The position numbers and the translations under genes are program-made. This document shows, piece after piece, positions 13,371-26,039 of a stretch of 64,000 nucleotides of DNA; the first letter of the stretch is position 1; every line of letters starts with the position of its first letter. Source of the stretch: Eledone cirrhosa (taxonomy: Eukaryota). The DNA lies in contig OZ024745.1 in NCBI GenBank assembly GCA_964016885.1, positions 90,334,001 through 90,398,000 on the forward strand, in the 5' to 3' direction. The notes under the pieces were generated by a model. The model did not search any database and was not told the origin of the DNA. It worked only from the letters and a program-made list of their open reading frames with translations.

Positions 13371-15430
13371 TCAGTGGATTTTCTTAAAAGGGTATGTTTT
13401 CCTGATCAGGGATTTTATGGTAGTTCCTGGATTTTCTACCACCTTAATCTTTAAGTGGGTCTTTCTCAGGGGCTTTCTACACTGGTTAGCTAATTTCCCT
13501 CCAGGCGTAGCGTCCACGAACATGATACTCTGGTATCTCTGGTTGTCGTACCATGAAGTGGCTTTCCCTATCTTATGTTTAGTCCTATCTAAGCTATTCC
13601 ATGATTTTCTCCTGTATAATGGGAAAATTCCTTTCATGTCCATTTCTATGAGGGTCTTATACTTCTCCGTGGCTCCTTCGTATACTCTGATTCTGTCTCT
13701 TTGGTTGTAGCCAGAGAACTGCATGCGGTTGATGAAGTGTTGGATGTGTCTTTCCATTTCTGTTAGGTTGCACATGCGTGACACGTTCTTCATCCCTCGT
13801 ACCAATTCTGCGACCAGAATATTAAACTTAGCACTACTGGACATTGCTGAGTTTTTGAGTATCAGGTATTTGGAGGCCATGGGTTTAGCGTAGTGTGAGT
13901 GGAGAATTTGGGCCCTCTAGTCTATAGTGTTAATCCAGAGTTCCGTGTCTAATACAGGTAGGGTGTTTGAAACGGTAGTCGATAGTTACAGTTATACTCT
14001 GGTGTATGGAATTAGCTATCTGCTGGATGCTTTCCATTGTGCTACATTCTAAATCATACTTGTTAGTACTCTCTTGTGGGGGTGTCCTTATTACTATATT
14101 AATGTCGTCTACGTAACGAGAGGACATGATGAGGTCTATAGAACTCTCATCAAGGAGATCTTTGAGTCTCCTTTCCCACCATACCATAAAAAGGTTGGCA
14201 ACGTCACCAGCTATGCTGACGCCAATGGCTGCTCCCTCATTTGAGGTGTAGATCTTCTTATTGAATTTGAATATGTGGCCCTTTAGGGTAGTTTTAATAC
14301 TAGCCCCTATTGCATGTGCGACCATTTTTATTACCTGATCCTTGTTTTGGGAGGTTCGTATGGCTTTGGTCCACCCAATCCATCTTCCCATGGGAGTCAT
14401 TTTTGCCATTGAGGTTATGATGTGGGGTCTACCTCTTATGGGTCTACTGGGGCAGAAACGTCTAAGGTCATGGCTGTCAAGGTAGTCAGTGTCGTAGGTA
14501 AGTCTAAGTAGGAGGCCCAGTTCGTCTGTGTCGACGTCGCAGAACTCCACCTCACTCTCACTGATCATCTCCACACATTTTTCCACAGCAAAATCAATGT
14601 TAATGGATGGGTACACTGATACCACGTCCATACTGCCTATTATGCAGTTAGATAGGTTTTTGTTTTTGTTGCATTCATTGATTCTGCTGAGAAGGTCCTC
14701 TGTACTGTCACATACATCTGGGGGACATCTTTATTATGGAGCGTATAACCATTGAGAGGAATTAGGAGATTCTGTAGTTGCTAGCGATATTGATCCGCAT
14801 ACAGGTCTTGTTGGTTTCCTGTTGTCGGGTCGTCGACTGTCTTATGGTCTTTGCGGAGCCCATACAAGGGTGGTATGTCATTGTTAGACGCCTGGAAGTT
14901 GTTGGCAGTGCGCCTGCTTGACTTTAGGATGTCGGTCCACATCATCATGTGAGCGTTGAGGATCTTCTCTCTCCCCTCATGCATTTGCTGTGTAATTTCG
15001 CTCGTGTTGGTGATGTGGGCTTGCATAGCCTTGATGTAGTTCGGCATGCTGTCTATTGACATCCTACCAGACTTATACATAGTTAGACATACTACCTCAC
15101 CATCCCTTGTGCGCTGCTTGAGGCTAACAGTGCCTTCTACAGGTTTCCTTCCAAGTTATTGGACCTCTGGTCTTCTTTGTCTCTTAGTATATCGGTCTAC
15201 TATATGTCTAATCTTATTTCTAGCTATGGTGAACTGTGCCTCTGTCTCGTCATCTATTTGTTGTGGTATACACACCCTTTTATTAAAGGGTAATCTTGTA
15301 GGATACATATTACTCATCTGATATGATTTGTCAGCTGGATTGAAGAATAGTTTCTCTAAGAGGTTGTCATTATGTCTATCGTCATGGTTGTGTGTGTTGC
15401 TATTATTGTTATTATGGTTGTTGTTGTTCC
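13371..15430 (-). mobile_element. Penelope-like retroelement, Naiad-type RT and thumb, frameshifted
   Basis: IPPLYGLRKDHK, GSMDVVSVYPSI, EGAAIGVSIAGDVANLFMVWWE, SRYVDDI, SAMSSSAKFNILVAELVR, MQFSGY, MFVDATPGGKLA, KVVENPGTTIKSLI. Confidence 0.85.
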
Positions 15431-15469
15431 TACCATATAAATTAAATATTTATTTAATACAATAAATAT

Positions 15470-16640
15470 TTATGGGAACACTTTAATCAATGGGCAAGAA
15501 CAACAGACTCTACAGCTCCCGCCGAAATTTGCTATCTACAAAAAGATAAATCCAATCGAATGCAAAACGGAACCGGAAAAGTGTTTCACAAAAATACGTT
15601 GGAATGCGAAAATAAAGAACAACTATACGGACAATAACTCTGAGTATAGAAATAACAGCTATAATAGTAATAGTCATAACAATGACAATAGCAGGAGAGT
15701 GAGAAATAGTAATAATAATAGTGGTAGTAATATTAACGATAGACAGAACAACAACAACAACCACCATAATAATAATAGAAACATTAACGACAGACACAAC
15801 AACAACCACAGAAATAATAATTGTTTCTACTATTGGCACAAGGCCAGCAAATAACCAGTACATTACTGGTACTTTATTTTATCGACCCCGTAAGGATGAA
15901 AGGCAAAGTTAACCTCGGCGGGATTTGAACTCAGAATGGCAAGGGCCGTAACTCTATGCGTCAAAGCATGGCGTCCGACCCTCTACCGATACTGCTAATT
16001 CAGTAATAATGGAAATAATATGAGTAACAACAAGCACAGTACTAATAATAGAAATAATACGTGCAGCAACATTAATGATAGACACAACAACAACAAAACA
16101 AGAAACATAATAATAAAAGTAACAACCACAATGGTAGAAATAACAACAACAATAACAATAGAGAAAACAACAGCAATATATCTAACAATCATAACAACAA
16201 TACATCTAGCAATCATAACAATAATAATAATGTTAATGGTAGGAACAACAACAACCATAATAACAATAATAGCAGCACGCTGTACTAATAGGAAATGTAT
16301 TATATGTAAAGCAAACCCCCGGATAAAATGTAAAACTAGAAACGTAGTCTATAGCATAAGATGTACAGAGGGTACTTGAAGAAACATGACAACAACATAC
16401 ATAGGCGAGACAGCTCGTAGCATAGGTGAAATGATAGACCAACACTGGGAGGAACTAGAAGGACGAAAAAACGGTTCAGTACTATACGAACACGACAGAC
16501 AACAACACGACGGTAACATAGACAACATAGAAATTAAAATAATATCTAAACATAGAAATGACCCAGTAGATAGGCAAATCAGAGAGGCAAATGAAATAGA
16601 AGGCCAAAGCTAAAAAGAAAAATGAATGGAATAACAACAC
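15470..16640 (+). mobile_element. Naiad-type PLE pieces: N-terminal domain (15470-15620) and Zn-finger + GIY-YIG endonuclease (16278-16640), interrupted by low-complexity DNA and a SINE
   Basis: LQLPPKFAIY..EKCFTKIRW; CTNRKCIIC..CKTRNVVYSIRC..YIGETARS..QH..SVLYEH..H..RQIREANEI, then K-N-E-W-N in a shifted frame. Confidence 0.8.
15813..16000 (-). mobile_element. tRNA-derived Nin/Deu-domain SINE
   Basis: Reverse complement of gcagtatcggtagag..gagttcaaatccc (A/B boxes)..ctttcatccttacggggtcgataaaataaagtaccag..(att)n. Confidence 0.9.
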
Positions 16641-16832
16641 CCAAACAAACAATACTGACCTAAGAGAAATATAAATAAATAAATAAATACACAAGCACAA
16701 TAACAACAAACACATATAAACACACACTAGTAAACTAAGATAGAATACAATAACCAAAACACAGTCACCCAAACGCGAAAACACACCAAACACAATACAC
16801 ACACGCAAACGCATGCGTAGAGAAGACAAAAA

Positions 16833-16867
<35 letters not shown>

Positions 16868-16927
16868 ACAGATTAAATAAAGATGGCGTAGATATACAAT
16901 ACAACAGGAGGAACATAATAATAGCAC

Positions 16928-16965
16928 CACTGACGATGTTGCAGATGTGCAACGAAAGAACTTTG
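16928..16965 (+). ncRNA. Hammerhead ribozyme-like motif in the PLE 3' region; related copies at 42143-42185 and about 50634-50680
   Basis: ca-CUGACGA-u-GUUGCAgaugUGCAAC-GAAA-GAAC-UU-ug. Confidence 0.6.
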
Positions 16966-17210
16966 TTAGACTATATATATGTATTTGTGTCTATATTATA
17001 TCTGTATTTTTTTACCGTTGGTCAGTCAATGGTAAACATTGAGGACCGAATAAATTAACTGATATAAAAGATACAGAAGCGAAAACTAACCAAACAGTGA
17101 GTGTGTTCTGTTATTATTTCTGGCAATATTATTACAACAATATGACCCTCCCCAAGTATGACAATATTTGTTTCGACACCCGATTTCATATCAAAAACCT
17201 CGCAAAACAA

Positions 17211-17319
<109 letters not shown>

Positions 17320-17523
17320 TAATTGGAAATCAGTAAAATCGAATCTCTGGCAGTTTGCAAGTGAATTCGGCCTACTTATATGAAATGATGAGTTAGCAAA
17401 GCACTCGATAAGATAGGTCCTTAGAGTAATAACATACGTTTAAAAAGCTTGACAAATCGAACATTGTGGTAAGCTAAACTAACACACAATATATATACCA
17501 GAGCAACGATAGCACTAATCGGG

Positions 17524-17599
<76 letters not shown>

Positions 17600-17665
17600 C
17601 AAATAGTCTTATCGCTCTAAATGGGTGAATACAAGAAATGTAAATCTGAGTTTTTCGAATATTAA

Positions 17666-17857
17666 TAATTGTTTCTACTTTTGGCACAAGGCCACCAATT
17701 ATCCCAGTGTATTACTGGTACTTTATTTTATCGACCCCGTAAGGATGAAAAGCAAAGTTAACCTCGGCGGGATTTGAACTCAGACCATAAAGGGCCGTAA
17801 CTCTTTGCTGCAAAGCATGGTGTCCGACTCCCTACCGATATTGCCAATCCACCGCCC
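17666..17857 (-). mobile_element. Nin/Deu SINE with 18-bp TSD
   Basis: TSD ttttcgaatattaataat at 17652-17669 and 17858-17875. Confidence 0.92.
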
Positions 17858-17914
17858 TTTTCGAATATTAATAATAATATTCGATTCGTTTACATATATA
17901 TATTTATATATATA

Positions 17915-19490
17915 TAGGAAAATGTTCAAGACCCCGTCTGTAGAGCTCAAGCCATTTCGACGGCTATTTCTGGACTAAATTAGATTTTTAACGTGGTAAT
18001 AAATAGCTGATCTTTTCAAGGGATAATTCCTTATATGGGAAGATTGTAGTTGCCAAAAGGATTGGTCAAAATTTCTTGTAAACACAAATTTAATCTTTCA
18101 TGGCGGTGGGAGGTAGGTGGGGGTGGCTAAACTTGCCTGTAAAAAAATGAAGGAGTGGGTGGAGCCGGTCAAGCGTTGAAGGTGAATTCTATACAGCAAA
18201 TTCTAGGAGTGTGGATGAAAATAGGCTAGCTAGAAAGCAGACGAAAAAAGAATTCTGGAGGAATCTGAGAGTGAGAAGTTATAAAATTAAAAAGTTAATA
18301 AATTGAAATTAAAAAATTTTAAAATAATAAATAAAAATAATAATAATATTAAGAAATTAAATAATAAAAAATAATTGTTTCTACTTTTGGCACAAGGCCA
18401 GCAATTAACCCAGTGTATTACTGGTACTTTATTTTATCGACTCCGTAAGGATAAAAGGCAAAGTTAACCTCGGCGGGATTTGAACTCAGTCTGTAAAGGG
18501 ACGTAAGTGTGCTGCAAAGCATGGCGTCCGACCCTCTACCGATACTGGCAATAATAAAAAAAAAATAGAGTCTAAAACAGCTGCTATATTTTTAGCTGGT
18601 ATTGCGTTTTCGGCCAATGCTATATAGAATTTACTGGGGTGGGGATACTGAGGCTACAAAAGCCCGATGAGCTGCCTCAGGGTAAGCGAAAGAGGAAAAG
18701 GAAGAGGCGATAGAGTGGAAGCAAGTGAGAAGAAGAGATAAAGGGAAAAAAGAAAAGAAGTACATCTACCTATTTATGCTGAGCTTTCCCTTATCTTGTT
18801 CGGCAAGTGGGGAAGAGAAGGATGTTACAGCCATTGTCTACCCACCCGGGTCATGAGGGGGTTTGAGGGCCAGGTAAGTCCTACGCAATTGGTGTTTACA
18901 TGCGGTTACAAGTTCGTCTTTTTGTTTAGGAGTTGGTCCTTCGTAAATAGCATTTGTATTGTTTCCTCCGAGCATAAGTTACACGGACGGCGTGCTCCCG
19001 TGTAGGAGTTAGCCCTGGAAAGTAAGCTCCAAGTAAGATTGTATGTGATGTTATTATCTTGGAAGTCCCGGGTGTGGCCCGAAAGTGTAGTGGCATGTCG
19101 CCGGGCCGGGTTTCTGAACTCATGTCGGTGTTGGTAGAGCCGGGTCTTAAAGTCACAAGCGGTTAATCCTATACAGGCTTTGTTGGAGTTTTCCGTCCTC
19201 GCGTTGCATTGATAGATCACGTTACGTTCTCGGCATCTGTTGTTGGGGGGGGGGGGGGGGCACGAAGATCTATCAGGGCAGTTACACCTCCTGGTCGGCT
19301 CTCCACTAATGTCTAGGTTGTTTCTTCCATAGGAGTTGGGTTTCTTGTTGTTTGAGGAGGCGATGTTTTGTGCGAAGTTGGGTGTGGTGCTGTAGGACAG
19401 TTTGATAGTGTTTTTGTTGATTATGTTGTGGTAGCGGTGTTGTGGTGCGAAGTGATCTTCGAGGAGCCTAAAGAAGATTTTCCCGATTGG
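17915..19490 (-). mobile_element. 5'-truncated Penelope/Poseidon PLE: GIY-YIG C-terminus (18880-19490) + long 3' pLTR with hammerhead (17932-18022); SINE inserted at 18370-18552
   Basis: NTIKLSYSTTPN, VIYQC..CIGLTACDFKTRLYQH..TTLSGH..LTWSLL..CNLCSEE..LLNKKTNL. Confidence 0.88.
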
Positions 19491-19762
19491 TGAAATATAT
19501 ATATATATATACCATAAACGTGGTTTTGTCTTTGCGTGTAATTGTTTTCACCGCTCCAAATTATGACGTATTATCTTTGTCTTTATCCGTTCTTTGCCAG
19601 GGAACGTTTTCACGAACCAAAGTATCGTCTTCCTGTCTTCCTTCGGTTGCAACGTTTTTTGAAATATTTACTTCTGCGTTCACAGATTCATTTTTTAGTT
19701 TCAGAAGATCCCGTTAAGGGTGAAAGCAGCGATTCTTTGCTTAAACTTTAATCTGTTATTTT

Positions 19763-19842
<80 letters not shown>

Positions 19843-20089
19843 ACAGGATTAAACGAGTATTAAACTAGTTAGAGTAATCGATACTTTGTATAGTAAAGTG
19901 TGACTATATTAGAAGGCGTCGGGGCCCGAGGTCTGAGCTCTTGTTGTTTCGACAGCTAGTTCCAGACAATTTCTAATACATATATATGTGGCGGGGGTGT
20001 ATGTGTGTGTGTGGACGCCAGTCAGTTGTTTATCGAGTTTGTTTCGTAATCATGATACCCCGGGTTCAATCTCACTTCTTGTTATCTTG

Positions 20090-20330
20090 AGCAGATGTCT
20101 TTTACAATAGACTCGGATAACATTATGTCTTATGACACGGCCAAAGCTGAAAGGAAGCTGTGTGAGCGAACGAAATATCATCAACGTGTGCACATATGAT
20201 ACAATATATTTAAAGAAAGAAGTATAGGATTGACCACTAGACAAATTTCAAATACTAAACTGGAGCATCAGAGACTTTCAGATACCAAGAAATCGGGTGA
20301 AGGATTCCTAATTATATAATATAGAAAATA
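20090..20330 (-). mobile_element. Possible highly decayed Ty1/copia RT remnant
   Basis: Minus-strand peptides WYLKVSD and IICAHVDDISFA, in different frames, resemble the copia RT core. Confidence 0.35.
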
Positions 20331-21609
20331 GCTGTAGTAAGCAAGCCAGCTAAGGATGTAGGATCCTTAGTAAACATAATAGTGTAAAATTATGTACTAG
20401 ACTTCAGATCATATATAAATCCAGATTATATTCAGATACCTTATAAATCTGTCGTTGCAAATTCAGAAAAGTGTGCTCAGAACAAACGTACACGAGTATA
20501 AAGAAGTGACGAAAGTAAAAGATGATAACATATCCAAATATGTAGTCAATTTGGAAGATTGTAACGCCTAAAGGAGAATACAAAAACAAAAGGAAGAAAA
20601 CGCCATTGCGAGATTTATCAATGGGGTGTGGTAGACGGCATTTGTTAGTAGATTTTACTATTAAACAAGCCCTAGTGATTGGAAAAACCTGGCTTAAAAA
20701 TAAGAATGCTTAATGTATATGAGAATGTCTATGCTGTTAAACCAGAAATCTTGACAAGTCAATTACGCACAATTCAAGATGGTGAAGTTGTCAAAATAGC
20801 GGATATAGAAAGTGACCGTGGAAATTTTAGAGCAAATGTTGAAATAAACAAAACATTAGCAAAGCTCGAGATTATGAATAATGAAAAAAGAAAAAAGAAT
20901 AAACATTACAAAACACAAATATAACTATCCAATATATCTTAATTGATAAACGAGAGGAAGAAAAAGAGCTCGATGTAGAAATGTTATTTAATGGCATATC
21001 AAACAATGCAACGGCAATATCAAAAGAGTTGATAGCTATGCCAACAAGCAGAAGAGTAGATAAGACAGAGCTAAATAGACGAAAAAGCACATCAACTACA
21101 CAGAATAACAGTTGAAGAGAATGTATGTAGAATACTCAGAAATCATAAAGATAATTAGAAAACGAAAACGAAGACAAAGATGAAGAGATAAAATAAGAAA
21201 ATTATAGAAAAGGTTCTGGAGAGCAGAAAAAGTTCAAAAGATACTGAAAAGTAGAACAAAAACAGATTAACCAGACTGAGAAAAAGGAAAGATGGTTTAA
21301 CACATGATATATATATATATTACAGATATGTTCTGACTTTTATCAGGGCTATCAAATGGTAAATGAAATATCAATCAAAAGGAAATAGTACCAATTTTTT
21401 AAGAGAAACAGTAAAGGCATTGATGAGATTACAATTGACCTCTCCCCCTCTCACCCCTCCCCTCTCTTCTGCAACACCAGACCTCTTTCCGTCCCCTCCC
21501 CTTCCCATTCTTTTTCTTCTTTCTTTCTCTCTTTATTCTCTTTATTTTCCCATTCTTTCTTTCCATTTGTTTCCCTTTTGTTTTTGCTGTCATTATAGTT
21601 GTCATTATT

Positions 21610-22640
21610 TGGTTGATTGGCAGTATCGGTAGAGAGTCGGACGCTATGCTTTCCAGCATAGTTACGTCCCTTTACGATCTGAGTTCAAATCCCGCCGAGG
21701 TTCACTTTGCCTTTCATCCTTACGGGGTCGATAAAATAAAGTACCAGTAATGCACTGGGTAATTGCTGGCCTTGTGCCAAAAGTAGAAACAATTATTTGG
21801 TTGATTGGCACTATCGGTAGAGGGTCGGACGCCATGCTTTGACGCATAGAGTTACGGTCTTTGCCATTCTGAGTTCAAATCCCGCTGAGGTTAACTTTGC
21901 CTTTCATCCTAACGGGGTCGATAAAATAAAGTACCAGTAATGCAGAGGTAATTGGTGGCCTTGTGCCAAAAGTAGAAACAATTATTTGGGTGATTGGCAG
22001 TATCGGTAGAGGGTCGGACGCCATGCATTGCAGCAGAGTTACGTCCCTTTACGGACTGAGTTCAAATCCCGCCGAGGTTAACTTTGCCTTTCATCCTCAC
22101 AGGGTCGATAAAATAAAGTACCAGTAATGTACTGGGTTATTGCTGGCCTTGTGCCAAAAGTAGATACGATTATTATTATTACTAAGGGCAGTGGATTGGC
22201 AGTAACGGTAGAGGGCAGGACGCCATGCTTTGCAGCATAGAGTTACGACCTTTACGGTCTGAGTTCAAATCCCGCCGAGGTTAACTTTGTCTTTCATCCT
22301 TACGAGGTCGATAAAATAAAGTACCAGTAATGTACTGGGGTCGATTTAATCAGCTTTCCCCCTCTCCCCCAAATGACTGGCCTTGTGCCTATACTAGAAA
22401 TCATTATTATTATTATCATAGGCGGTGGATTGGCAGTAACGGTAGAGTGTCGGACGTCATGCTTTGCAGCATAGAGTTACGTTCCTTTACGGTCTGAGTT
22501 CAAATCCCGTCGAGGTTAACTTTGCCGTTCATCTTTACGGGGTCGATAAAATAAAGTACCAGTCACGCACTGGGTCGATTTAATCAACTCCCCCCCCCCC
22601 CACATTACTGGCCTTGTGTCTATATAAGAAACCATTATTA
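21610..22640 (+). mobile_element. Head-to-tail cluster of five Nin/Deu SINEs
   Basis: Five successive gattggcag..gagttcaaatccc..gtcgataaaataaagtaccag..gaaac(aatt) units. Confidence 0.92.
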
Positions 22641-22791
22641 TTGTTATCGTAGAAAATTGACCTACTAAAGCTAGGCAGAAAAATCAATAGTAAGGAAAAT
22701 AACAAAATTGTTCAATAACATCCTAGTAACAAATACCTATGGAAGGAAGTAAATATTATACTGCTATATAAAAAGGGAGGCAAGAAAGGCT

Positions 22792-22822
<31 letters not shown>

Positions 22823-22915
22823 ATAATAATAAATTTGAAGACTACGATCCAAAGAGGGCTCGATAAGGATAAATATATATCAAATATATAAGAACCGTAG
22901 AGCATATTTTATTTC

Positions 22916-23318
<403 letters not shown>

Positions 23319-24136
23319 TAAATTAAATAATTATGGCCTGAGAAGAAAACCAATATTATCTTAATTATTTCGGGAAGTGCTTGAGATAATTTAGAGATGT
23401 TCTGATGTTATTTATGACCTCACCAACGAAGTAGTGATGGAATAATAACGACCTGCTTAAGAGGTTACCTCTCATTGGTTGTCCACCTAAGCTGCTATGC
23501 ATTGTAAGATACTAGCAGAAAAACCACCCTTGGGCTGGTTTTTCTGCTAGCATGTGTAGTGTGTATATTGATATTGTACGCAAGTATATGATACATCAAA
23601 TAACATCGTAATTGACAATATACACAGAAATTGAACGAAGACTGCGTTACACTCTCTTATGTAATCAGTAACGACTCTTTGCTATGCATCATAGCAGCTG
23701 GCCTTTTTACACCTATTTCCAAGTTTGAGATTCCTACAATTTTATGAAACTTTTTATACACTCATCGCTCTAATTCAATTCAATCATGTTTACATATATT
23801 ACATGCAGCTTGGACCCTAGCATTGCAATTAGTTGTCGACTGGAAGCCACCATGATTTCGATGCCTTCTAGCAGTAACTCTCCTTCCAACGATACCAAGC
23901 ATCATTCCTGCTCCTAGGAAATATACGTGTCCTTTTGAATTTTTCTCTTGCTTTCCTATGGTGGCAGCTATAACCACTCTACCCTAGCTAAGAAGCAATT
24001 ATTTTCTTTTACTATTCTCGCTGAGAATCCGTTTTTTGTTCTTCGGTTTCTCTCACATATCCATAATGAAGTATTTTCTGTTTTCCGCTCAAGTTCATGA
24101 ATCACTGCCCTGTTCTCCTTCCTATGTCCAATACTA

Positions 24137-24430
24137 GGCGGTGAATTGGCAGTCATTAGAACGTCGGATAGAATGCTTTATAGTATTCGTTCTAGCTCTC
24201 TGCTCTCTGAGTTCAAATCCCACCGAGGTAAACTTTGCCTTTCATCCTTTCGGGGTCGATAAAAAATAGTACCAGTGTAATACTGGGGTCGATTCTTCCT
24301 CTCTCTGGAAGAAATCTGCTGTACTCAGGCCTGGAGAGGGATAGGCTCCGCCAGGCTTAAAATGTCCAAGAAACGCTGTATGTCAATACGGCGCCCCTAC
24401 GACTCTGTCAGGAGTTACGGGACCGTACCA
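24137..24430 (+). mobile_element. Second Nin-domain SINE subfamily with a distinct tail; other copies at 27842-28060 and 63545-63960
   Basis: ggcggtgaattggcag..tgagttcaaatcc..ctttcatcctttcggggtcgataaa, then tail ctggaagaaatctgct..ggcgccc..acgactct. Confidence 0.75.
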
Positions 24431-24886
24431 TACCAAGATATTGTAGGTAGGTCTAGCAACAAGCTTATAACGTCACTATATAGAGAGATAGGACGATAAC
24501 GGTGGGAGTTCGGCTCTTCCGTGTTCGGACACATGGCACCTGTCATGTGGATCATGTGATAATTTCATTTTCCCTGAGCATCGTTTGGCTTTTCTCCCTA
24601 ACTAGAACTCTGAAAGCTGCTACAATGAATCAACAGAGAAGTACAGAGACAAACAGACAGAAACTTATACAGACAGACACATCAAATATAAATAGACACC
24701 ACGACTATAACATTGACTATAATTTTTATCTTAATAACGGGATCTACTGAATTTCGTAGCATCCTGTACTTGTAAATCTTCATAACTTTTAAATCCTGCA
24801 ACCGTGATTATATATGCCACTGAAGTTTTGTAATAGTCTGCCATTTGTAAAAACTACGAGCCACTCTTGTAGGTCTTGCCAGCCCA

Positions 24887-24943
<57 letters not shown>

Positions 24944-25489
24944 ATAATAATAAATTTGAAGACTAAAATCCAAAGAGGGCTTGATAAGGATAAATATATA
25001 TATATAGTAATAATAATAAATGTGAAGACTAAAATCCGAAGAGGACTCGATGAGGATTAAACCTGTAAGCGTGAAAGCAGAGATTCTCTGCTTAAACTTT
25101 AATCTGTTTTTTATAATAAATATATATATATGTGTGTGTGTGTGAAGGAGAGAGAAAGAGGGAGAGTAGGGGAGAGAAAGACGGGGAAGAGGGAGAGTGG
25201 AGAAGGAGAGGAAGAGAGAGAAGACAAGAACGAACATGAATGATGTTAGTAAGAAAGAGAAGTCAATCATTCACATAAAGAAACAGGAAAACGAAGAGGT
25301 TGTAAGCGTTGTGTGTGTTCTCATGGGCGTACTTGAGGTTGTGGTGGGAGGAATGTGAAGTGTGTAAAAGAAGGTGGAGGTGGTTACATGATAGGGTATA
25401 TGCGGAAACTGGAGTAGACGACCAGCCCACCTAGTTAAGACGTTATACAAGTGTCTACGGGAAGTCCATTCTTATAGTTTTATTACTCA

Positions 25490-25830
25490 TCTACATCAAC
25501 AACACTAACAAGACTATTGTCATCATCATCGTCGTCATCATTGACACTAACAGTAGCAGCAACAGCAGTAACACTAACATTACCATCTTCTATTTCAACA
25601 TCAAATATTCTCACCAGTAAGTTGCAAACATCGGCATCATAATAATACTCATCATCACCATCATCAACATCATCATCATCAAGATCATTATCATCATCAG
25701 CATCACCATCAGTATCATCAGCATATTCATCATTATCAACATCATTTTCATCATCAACATCATCATCTGAATCAGCATCATCCTCAGTAGCATCAGCATC
25801 GCCATCATCAGCATCGCCATCATCATCATC
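25490..25830. repeat. Degenerate (CAT)n trinucleotide tract
   Basis: Directly visible. Confidence 0.9.
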
Positions 25831-26039
25831 ATATATATGTTGTAGTAGTAACAAGAACAAGGTTAATACTATCAACGGCAACAATAGAAATATGAGCCAA
25901 CGAAGTAGCGTCTTCTTGATCACTCAACCAAGAAATAGCAGTTAAATCCTCTCTCAAGACCGCATCCTACCATTTTAATAAATAAATTTGATCATTTAGT
26001 TTCCTGAAGAACTAGAAACAGAAAGTCCATGACTTTCTC

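Noticed and set aside
17015-17052. Hairpin as SECIS for the Naiad element
   Set aside because: Has an AAA loop but lacks the RUGA/GA quartet at the required spacing.
18645-18695. Plus-strand ccgatga..gcgaaa hammerhead-like motif
   Set aside because: Antisense to the PLE, stems I and III are absent, and the core is not conserved in the homologue at 33299-33350.
20679-21090. Possible host exon or gag-like ORF
   Set aside because: No recognisable motif; interrupted by stops.
21610-22640. tRNA gene cluster
   Set aside because: A/B boxes belong to SINE heads; no cloverleaf.
25483-25923. Signal-peptide-like acidic Asp-rich protein
   Set aside because: Derived from degenerate (GAT)n; no independent coding evidence, though it cannot be fully excluded without RNA data.
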